In this document: piece by piece, positions 38,304-45,617 of the stretch
Layout: every line of letters starts with the position of its first letter
Position numbering within the stretch: position 1 is the stretch's first letter
NCBI GenBank assembly: GCA_030699125.1
Contig: JAUYKM010000009.1
Coordinates: 108,647 to 172,646, forward strand
Origin: Candidatus Daviesbacteria bacterium
GTDB lineage: Bacteria; Patescibacteriota; Microgenomatia; Daviesbacterales; UBA10151
Reading direction: 5' to 3'
DNA: 64,000 bases
The notes under the pieces: generated by a model
The model's database searches: none
Seen by the model: the letters and a program-made list of their open reading frames with translations, nothing else
Told to the model about the DNA's origin: nothing
Position numbers and translations under genes: made by a program

Positions 38304-39449
38304 ATGAAGAAAGATCTCTTAAAAATCATTTATATTTTTTTGACATGGAGAGTGTTATTGATACTTTTTTTATTTTTTGCTATTACATCTGTACCCCTAG
38401 GTTATAAGGATCGTTTTTTAGGGGGAGGAGCTAATCTTTACTCCCTCTCTCCGCAGCTCTTTTCATGGGCTAATTTTGACGGAGAACATTATCTCTCCAT
38501 TGCCTATATAGGTTATAGAGGTTTGGAACAAGCCTTTTTCCCGGTTTATCCTATGTTAATTTCATTTTTGAGTAAACCGTTTGTAAATGATATTTATTCA
38601 TCATTAGTATTTGGAACAGTTGTGGGAATAATTATATCCAGTGTGGCTTTCTTTTTGGCATTAATAATTTTGTGGAAGACAATCAGAATAGACTATTCTA
38701 AAAATATTGCTTTCTTAACACTGACTGCTCTTATATTGTTCCCTACCTCTTTCTATTTCGGAGCGGTTTATAGTGAGTCGATATTCCTACTTTTATCGGT
38801 ACTATCATTCTATTTTGCTAAAAGAAATAAATGGGTAATGGCATCTATTTTTGGCTTTATAGCTTCGGCCACCAGAATCTTTGGATTGCTACTTTTACCC
38901 GCACTGTTAATAGAAGCATATCAGAGGAGAATTCCTTTTAAGAAAATTGTCTGGCTTTTCATTATTCCGTTGGGCCTGGGAGTATATATGTTATATCAAA
39001 ATTTAACAGTGGGGGATCCTTTGGCTTTTTACCATCTACAAAAAATAGTAGGAGAACAACATCAGTCTGGGCTAACTATTCTGCCGCAGGTATATTTTAG
39101 ATACCTTAAAATGCTTTTAACTGTTGATATGGCGAATCCCATCTATCAGACAATTCTATTAGAATTTGTTGTGGGGATAGTATTTTTTCTGCTACCAATT
39201 TACGGATATTTCAAAAAGGTGAAACTGTCTTATCTTTTCTATGCTATGGTAGGTTTTTTACTGCCATCAATTCAGGGTAGTTTTTCATCTGTACCGCGGT
39301 ATGTAATTGTTTTCTTTCCGTCATTTTTGATTATTGCTTTATGGCTTGAAAAATTGCCTCAAGTTTTAAGATTAATTATTTTTTTAGGAATGTCAATTGC
39401 GTTATTTGTAGAAACAACTCTTTTTCTGAGAGGATATTGGGTCGCATGA
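38304..39449 (+). CDS. Polytopic membrane protein, a PIG-V (GPI mannosyltransferase 2, GT76)-like GT-C candidate.
   Basis: 'SWANFDGEHYLSIAYIGYRGLEQAFFPVYPML' resembles the WDaeHfl...GY..E...AFFP signature of the Mannosyl_trans2 family. It has about 9-10 TM helices. Confidence 0.45.
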   Translation: MKKDLLKIIYIFLTWRVLLILFLFFAITSVPLGYKDRFLGGGANLYSLSPQLFSWANFDGEHYLSIAYIGYRGLEQAFFPVYPMLISFLSKPFVNDIYSSLVFGTVVGIIISSVAFFLALIILWKTIRIDYSKNIAFLTLTALILFPTSFYFGAVYSESIFLLLSVLSFYFAKRNKWVMASIFGFIASATRIFGLLLLPALLIEAYQRRIPFKKIVWLFIIPLGLGVYMLYQNLTVGDPLAFYHLQKIVGEQHQSGLTILPQVYFRYLKMLLTVDMANPIYQTILLEFVVGIVFFLLPIYGYFKKVKLSYLFYAMVGFLLPSIQGSFSSVPRYVIVFFPSFLIIALWLEKLPQVLRLIIFLGMSIALFVETTLFLRGYWVA

Positions 39450-40699
39450 AAAGATATATCAAAGAATTAATCACACATCCGTTATTTTCTGGAAGTGCCA
39501 TTATGGTGATTGGAAGCAATGCCATAAACGTTCTCAACTATTTATACCATTTACTCATGGGAAGAATGTTGGGACCTTCCTTTTATGGAGAATTGGCTGC
39601 CCTTATCTCTTTCATGGGTCTTTTGGCGGTCATCCCCTCCTCTCTTAGCTTAGTAATTATCAAGTATGTTTCTGCCGCAAAAAATAAAAAAGAAACGGCC
39701 AGTTTAATAAAATGGCTACAAGCAAGAGGTATCAAAGTGTCAATGATTATGTTTGGTTTTACCTTAATCATATCTCCCATAATTGCCAACTTTTTACATA
39801 TAGGTAAGATTAGTTACTTAATATTAATTGCTGTATCATTTTTATTTTCCATTCAAACTTTAATTAATAGATCAATTCTTCAGGGATTATTAAAGTTTAA
39901 AGAGACAGTGTTGACTATTCTTTCAGAATCAATTGTTAAATTAGCCAGCAGTATGGTGTTAATATTTATCGGGTTTCGAGTAGGCGGAGCTATGTTGGCT
40001 TTAGCAATCTCTGTATTCCTAGGATGGTATATGACAACGGTTTATCTGAAAGGTAGTTTGCAGGGTCAAGGAGAATACTCTCCCAATATTAAAAAGATGC
40101 TGATGTTTAGTATTCCCGTTATATTACAATCATTGGCTACATCCTCCATTTATTCGTCAGATGTACTTTTAGTTAAACACTTTTTTACATCACACGACGC
40201 TGGGATTTATGCTTCCCTTTCAACTTTAGGAAAAATTATTTTTTTTGGGGCTGCGCCAATTGGGTCAGTAATGTTCCCACTTGTTTCCAAAAGACAATCT
40301 CAGGGACAGGATTATAGAAAAATATTTATCTATAGTTTATTGGGTACATCGCTTTTAGCAAGTGGAGTATTGTTAATATATTGGTTATTTCCAGAGCTTG
40401 CTGTCAGCTTACTTTATGGTTCTGCGTATTTAGAGGCTACTAGTCTATTAATTTGGTTTGGAATTTTTATCACTCTTTTTACACTATCATTTCTAATTAT
40501 TAATTATGGGCTTTCGTTGGGTAGAACTTCAGTTGTTATTTTTCCCCTGATTGCTGCCTTTTTACAAATTATAATGATTTGGTTTTATCATCAAACTCTA
40601 CTTGAGGTAATAATTATTTCTCTAGTAATCTCTGCTTTACTACTAGTAAGTTTGATTATATACTCTCTTTATGATTCGGGAGGCTCAAAAAAGAACTAG
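39437..40699 (+). CDS. MOP-superfamily oligosaccharide flippase (Wzx-like).
   Basis: It has 12-14 TM helices. 'GSNAINVLNYLYHLLMGRMLGPSFYGELAALISFMGL' is typical of the polysaccharide biosynthesis / flippase family. Confidence 0.65.
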   Translation: MGRMKRYIKELITHPLFSGSAIMVIGSNAINVLNYLYHLLMGRMLGPSFYGELAALISFMGLLAVIPSSLSLVIIKYVSAAKNKKETASLIKWLQARGIKVSMIMFGFTLIISPIIANFLHIGKISYLILIAVSFLFSIQTLINRSILQGLLKFKETVLTILSESIVKLASSMVLIFIGFRVGGAMLALAISVFLGWYMTTVYLKGSLQGQGEYSPNIKKMLMFSIPVILQSLATSSIYSSDVLLVKHFFTSHDAGIYASLSTLGKIIFFGAAPIGSVMFPLVSKRQSQGQDYRKIFIYSLLGTSLLASGVLLIYWLFPELAVSLLYGSAYLEATSLLIWFGIFITLFTLSFLIINYGLSLGRTSVVIFPLIAAFLQIIMIWFYHQTLLEVIIISLVISALLLVSLIIYSLYDSGGSKKN

Positions 40700-41495
40700 C
40701 CTGATTTCCATAATAGTTCCGGCTTTTAATCAGGAAAAAACCATAGTTCATGATTTAAAAAAAATACATCAAGTTCTTGAGAAACTAAGATATAGCTCTG
40801 AACTTATTTGTGTGGTTGACGGCATGTTGGATAGAACCTTTGAGAAAGCCACCAAGTTTGCCAAAGAATCCCCCCGTATTAAGGTAGTGGGATACGAGAA
40901 AAATAAGGGTAAGGGTTATGCCATACGTTATGGCATAGCGGAAAGTAAGGGGGATATTGTGGGCTTTATAGATGCGGGGATGGATTTAAATCCAAATGGA
41001 TTATCGATGCTTCTTGAGCATTTTGAATGGTACAATGCCGATATTATTGTTGGTTCTAAAAGACACCCTGTTTCTAAGGTGATTTATCCTTGGCAAAGAA
41101 GAGTCCTTTCGCTTGGCTATCAAATTTTAGTAAGATTATTGTTTGGTCTTCGGGTAAGAGACACACAGGTGGGAATGAAATTTTTTAGAAGAGGAGTATT
41201 AAAAAAAGTTTTGCCAAGATTGTTGGTAAAAGAATATGCTTTTGATGTAGAGATGTTGGCCGTTTCCAAATACTTGGGGTTTAATCGAATTTTCGAGGCA
41301 CCTGTAGATATCAAGTTGAGATTTGGGGGAGCATCTACCATTACCAGTCAAAAATTCTTAAGAACAGTCTTGGCTATGTTTTGGGATACTTTGGCAGTAT
41401 TTTATAGGTTGAAAATTCTGAGATACTATTCCGACAAAAATAAGAGAAGATGGAAATTTGACCCGGAGTTAAATTTCAGAATAAATATCGGATGA
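40671..41495 (+). CDS. GT2 polyprenyl-phosphate sugar synthase (Dpm1/GtrB-like; dolichyl or undecaprenyl-phosphate hexosyltransferase).
   Basis: It carries 'ISIIVPAFNQEKTI', 'VVDGMLDRTFEKA', 'EKNKGKGYAIRYG' and 'FIDAGMDLNP' (DXD), plus a C-terminal 'RFGGAS' region. Its 3' end overlaps the downstream GT-C-like gene by 4 nt. Confidence 0.7.
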   Translation: MIREAQKRTSLISIIVPAFNQEKTIVHDLKKIHQVLEKLRYSSELICVVDGMLDRTFEKATKFAKESPRIKVVGYEKNKGKGYAIRYGIAESKGDIVGFIDAGMDLNPNGLSMLLEHFEWYNADIIVGSKRHPVSKVIYPWQRRVLSLGYQILVRLLFGLRVRDTQVGMKFFRRGVLKKVLPRLLVKEYAFDVEMLAVSKYLGFNRIFEAPVDIKLRFGGASTITSQKFLRTVLAMFWDTLAVFYRLKILRYYSDKNKRRWKFDPELNFRINIG

Positions 41496-43387
41496 TTTTA
41501 TTTGACTACATACGTTTCCTTGTATTTTGCTTTCTGATAATTATTCCAGTGGGCGAATTAGTCTTAAGAGTAATAGGTTTTAGGGGCAAGTTTTGGGAGA
41601 CTCTTTTAATAACAACAAATATTGGTTTTATTTTTACTACTCTGGTCGTCTATATTGCGGGTTTAATAGGAATAAATAATATTCTTCCGGCATTAATCCT
41701 ATTACCCTTTTTTCACCTATTAATATTTAGATCTAATTTTTTTGTTAAATTGGTAAGTAAAAAGATAAGTTTAGACATTGTTCTTTTAATTATTATTGCT
41801 GCTGTTGTCATACTACAGGGAGCCCTTAATTTTTATTCAGGCGAAATTCTTCCAGAGGGTATTAGGCTAACAGCAGGACATGCTCATGACAGTTTATGGC
41901 ACATAAGTCTAATAAATAATCTCAAAATACAAATACCTCCGGAAAACCCAATTTATTCAGGGACTTTATTAACTAATTATCATTATTTCACTGATATTTT
42001 TATGGCTTTTGTTTCAAATTTTACGAGTATATCAACTCTTGGCATTTATTTTAAGATAATGGGACCATTTCTGCTTATACTATTTAGCGGTTCGGTTTTT
42101 CTTCTTTCTCTAAGATTGACTGCCAATAAGATTCTCTCCTACATGGCAATTCTTTTAACTGTTCTGAGCAGTAATCTATATTATTTAATAGGAATATTTT
42201 ATGAAAATGCCAAAATTACCCCTTCTGTATTTTGGGTGGATGAATTTGCTACTAGGATGACCAATTTACAGCTTTTGGCATCCTATATAGTCATACTCAC
42301 TGTTCTATACCTAATGCTTATTTTCAGAGAAAAATTTTATATGAAAATCACATTAATCTTATCAATTATCATCTCCTCCCTTTTAGGATTCAAAGCATAC
42401 GGTTTCATACTTATTATGCTATCGTTACTAATTCTTTTTATCTATAGAAGAAGCTTTAATTATTTAAAGCTTAGTTTAGCAAGTATTTTTTTCTCACTTA
42501 TTATTTATAAAAATAGTATCTCTTCAAGCAACTTCCCTTTCATTTTTATGCCCTTTTGGTTTATCAAAAATATGTTTGAGACTGGAGATCATCTAAATTA
42601 CTCAATATGGGAATTAAAAAGACAAACCTATCTTCAGGATAATAACTTTCTTCGTATAGGTACCCTTTACATTGAAGGAATTATAGTTTTTCTTTTAGGA
42701 AATTTAGGAGGAAAAATAGCGGGTTTTTTAACTATATTTCAAAAATATCAAAAAGATAAAATTGATATAATCATAATTCTGACATTGGTATCCGTTTTTG
42801 GAACTTTAATTCCCTGTATCTTTCTCCAAAAGGGAATAGTTTGGAATACCATTCAATTTTTTTATTATTCCTACCTTTCGCTTTCTCTGCTTTTCACACT
42901 TTTTATCTCAAGATTATTGTTAAGAGCAAAACTTATCACATTAATAATTCTCGCCTTTATTTGGGGAACCTTGCTTCCTGGTGTTTTCTATACTTTAGAT
43001 TTATATTCCCCAAATAAATCTTCTATCCAAAACCGCTCAGCTTTAATTGATGCATCTTTTTTTCTTAAGAATCAAGATAAAGGTAATGTTGTGGTAGACC
43101 CTTTATATTATCAGGATTCATTGATTCCGGCTTTATCAGGACAATCAGTATTTATGGCAGATTCAACCCAATTGAATCTCTTGCTTATAAATGATGATGA
43201 TCGGGATAGAGATCTAAGGAATTTTTTTGATGACAAGCTAGAAGAAAATAAATTTAATTTTCTTGAAAATAACAATATTAGATATATAATTTCCAATGAG
43301 GGCAGAATTTTTTTGGATAAAATAATGCAATTAAAAAAAGTTTATTCTAATTCAGAAATTAGTATTTACAAAAATATTTCTAAATAA
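41492..43387 (+). CDS. Family-C polytopic membrane protein (GT-C-like paralog), immediately downstream of a GtrB-like GT2.
   Basis: It carries 'TAGHAHDSLWHISLINNLKIQIPPENPIYSGTLLTNYHYFTDIF' and has multiple TM helices. Confidence 0.55.
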   Translation: MILFDYIRFLVFCFLIIIPVGELVLRVIGFRGKFWETLLITTNIGFIFTTLVVYIAGLIGINNILPALILLPFFHLLIFRSNFFVKLVSKKISLDIVLLIIIAAVVILQGALNFYSGEILPEGIRLTAGHAHDSLWHISLINNLKIQIPPENPIYSGTLLTNYHYFTDIFMAFVSNFTSISTLGIYFKIMGPFLLILFSGSVFLLSLRLTANKILSYMAILLTVLSSNLYYLIGIFYENAKITPSVFWVDEFATRMTNLQLLASYIVILTVLYLMLIFREKFYMKITLILSIIISSLLGFKAYGFILIMLSLLILFIYRRSFNYLKLSLASIFFSLIIYKNSISSSNFPFIFMPFWFIKNMFETGDHLNYSIWELKRQTYLQDNNFLRIGTLYIEGIIVFLLGNLGGKIAGFLTIFQKYQKDKIDIIIILTLVSVFGTLIPCIFLQKGIVWNTIQFFYYSYLSLSLLFTLFISRLLLRAKLITLIILAFIWGTLLPGVFYTLDLYSPNKSSIQNRSALIDASFFLKNQDKGNVVVDPLYYQDSLIPALSGQSVFMADSTQLNLLLINDDDRDRDLRNFFDDKLEENKFNFLENNNIRYIISNEGRIFLDKIMQLKKVYSNSEISIYKNISK

Positions 43388-43388
43388 T

Positions 43389-44498
43389 ATGAATATTCTA
43401 ATCTTATCTTGGAGAGGACCGGGGCATCCACATGCTGGGGGGGCGGAAATTTCAACTCATGAACACGCCAAGGGTTGGATAAAAGCTGGGCATCAGGTAA
43501 CACTCTTCACCTCCTATTATATAGGTGCGAAGAAGGAGGAGAAAGTAGATGGAATTAAAATAATTAGACAAGGTGAGCAAGTTCTAGGAGTACATCTAAG
43601 AGCAATATCCTGGTATCTTTTTGGTAATCACCCCAAATTTGATATTGTAATTGATCAGTTCCATGGGATACCTTTTTTTACACCACTTTATGTCCGAGTA
43701 AAAAAATTAGCTTTTATTCATGAGGTGGCAAAAGATGTTTGGAAAACAAATTTCAGCTTAATTCCTGCAACTTTAGGTGAAGTTTTTGAGTCCTACGTAT
43801 TTAAACTTTATAAAAATATTCCCTTTATGACGGTATCGCATTCAACAAGAGAAGATCTTATTAGTTGGGGGATTCCGGATAAAAATATCACAATCATACA
43901 TAACGGCGTTACAGTTCCTAAAACGCTTAAACCAATGGCTAAAGAAAAGAAAAAGACAATAATTTTTTTGGGGGCCATCAGTAAGGATAAAGGGATTGAG
44001 AAGGCAATTAATGTTTTTTCAATTATTAATAATAAAGAGAGAGATTGGCAATTTTGGGTAGTAGGAAAGTCAGATCAACCATATATGTTAAAGCTCAAGA
44101 GTTTATCAAGAAAATTAGGTCTTTCAAGTAAAATAAAATTTTTTGGTTTTATTTCGGAAGATAAAAAATTTGAATTTTTATCAAAGGCTCATATTTTAAT
44201 AAATCCTTCTATTAGGGAGGGATGGGGGTTGGTGGTAATTGAAGCTGCAAGAATGGGTACACCTACTGTAGCATTTAATGTTCCGGGTCTTAGGGATTCA
44301 ATTATTAATAATAAAACTGGGATTCTCTGTTCTGATAATAGTGTAGAAAATTTAGCCAAAAATATTTTTAATCTGCTGGAAAATAAGAAAGAATATGATC
44401 GGATCAGAAAAAATGCCCTTCTTTGGAGTGAAAACTTTTCTTGGGATAAAGCTGTAAAAAAAAGTTTAGAGCTGATTGAGATGATTGACAAGGGATAG
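43389..44498 (+). CDS. GT4-family (GT-B) glycosyltransferase.
   Basis: The N-terminal 'ILILSWRGPGHPHAGGAEI' and C-terminal 'REGWGLVVIEAARMGTPTVAFNVPGLRDSI' give it away. Confidence 0.75.
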   Translation: MNILILSWRGPGHPHAGGAEISTHEHAKGWIKAGHQVTLFTSYYIGAKKEEKVDGIKIIRQGEQVLGVHLRAISWYLFGNHPKFDIVIDQFHGIPFFTPLYVRVKKLAFIHEVAKDVWKTNFSLIPATLGEVFESYVFKLYKNIPFMTVSHSTREDLISWGIPDKNITIIHNGVTVPKTLKPMAKEKKKTIIFLGAISKDKGIEKAINVFSIINNKERDWQFWVVGKSDQPYMLKLKSLSRKLGLSSKIKFFGFISEDKKFEFLSKAHILINPSIREGWGLVVIEAARMGTPTVAFNVPGLRDSIINNKTGILCSDNSVENLAKNIFNLLENKKEYDRIRKNALLWSENFSWDKAVKKSLELIEMIDKG

Positions 44499-44528
44499 AG
44501 TTTATTTAATAATGGAGGGGCAAAAAAG

Positions 44529-45584
44529 GTGATGAAAAATAAGATACTCGTAACAGGAGCAGGTGGATTTATTGGTCACCATATGGTCAAATTCCTCAAA
44601 GAAAAAGGGTTTTGGGTGAGAGGAGTGGATATTAAGGAGCCGGAATTTGAATCTACTGTCGCTGATGAATTTTTACTTTTGGATTTAAGAGACAAAGAAA
44701 ATACTCTAAAGGTAACAAGAGGTATCGATCATGTATATAATTTTGCTGCCAATATGGGCGGAATTGGCTTTATTGAGACTGTTCATGCTGAAGTAATGAG
44801 GGATAATGTTTTAATTAATACGCATCTTTTAGAAGCATCCCTTATGAATGGAGTAAAGAAATTCTTCTTTGCTTCATCTGCCTGTATTTATCCAAAATAC
44901 CTTCAAGAGGGAGAAGAAAATACTGGTTTAAGAGAATTTAATGCTTACCCTGCTGATCCAGATAATGAATACGGTTGGGAAAAATTATTTACTGAACGCC
45001 TCTGCTATAACTATTGGACAGACTTTGGTTTGGAAACTAGAGTTGCCAGATTTCATAATGTTTATGGACCATTAGGTACTTGGCAAGGTGGTAGGGAGAA
45101 ATCTCCAGCAGCCCTTTGTAGAAAAATTGCAGAGGCAGAAAACAATGGGGAAATTGAGGTTTGGGGAGATGGTAACCAGACAAGATCATATTGTTTTGTA
45201 TCAGATTGTGTAGAAGGGGTATATAGATTGATGAATTCCGATGTAAGAAAACCTATTAATGTCGGATCTGATAGACTGATTTCCATTAATGAAATGATTG
45301 AAATTATTTCACAGATCGCTGGGAAAAATATCAGAAAAAGATATGATTTAACCAAACCTCAAGGAGTACGCGGTAGGAATTCCAACAATGATCTTATTCG
45401 TTATCTATTTGATTGGGAACCTAAGATTCCTTTGGAAGCAGGATTAAAACAGACTTATTTTTGGATTAAATCGCAAATCGATAAAGGAAAATTAATAAAA
45501 AAAAGTAAGGCAAATGGTGAAGATATCCCTAAAAAGAAAGAAAATGCAAGAAAAATTAGGAACAGAAAAGTAATAGTTATATAA
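44529..45584 (+). CDS. GDP-mannose 3,5-epimerase homolog (GME family, NAD-dependent SDR).
   Basis: It carries 'ILVTGAGGFIGHH'. A long near-collinear match to plant and bacterial GME is visible from memory: 'DHVYNFAANMGGIGFI', 'FFFASSACIYP', 'RFHNVYGPLGTWQGGREKSPAALCRK', 'VWGDGNQTRSYCFVSDCVEG', 'PINVGSDRLISINEM', 'QGVRGRNSNNDL' and 'YFWIKSQI'. There is an AGGTG Shine-Dalgarno sequence 4 nt upstream. Confidence 0.8.
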   Translation: MMKNKILVTGAGGFIGHHMVKFLKEKGFWVRGVDIKEPEFESTVADEFLLLDLRDKENTLKVTRGIDHVYNFAANMGGIGFIETVHAEVMRDNVLINTHLLEASLMNGVKKFFFASSACIYPKYLQEGEENTGLREFNAYPADPDNEYGWEKLFTERLCYNYWTDFGLETRVARFHNVYGPLGTWQGGREKSPAALCRKIAEAENNGEIEVWGDGNQTRSYCFVSDCVEGVYRLMNSDVRKPINVGSDRLISINEMIEIISQIAGKNIRKRYDLTKPQGVRGRNSNNDLIRYLFDWEPKIPLEAGLKQTYFWIKSQIDKGKLIKKSKANGEDIPKKKENARKIRNRKVIVI

Positions 45585-45617
45585 TTACCTCTAGAAAAAA
45601 GTTATTTTCCTAAAAAA

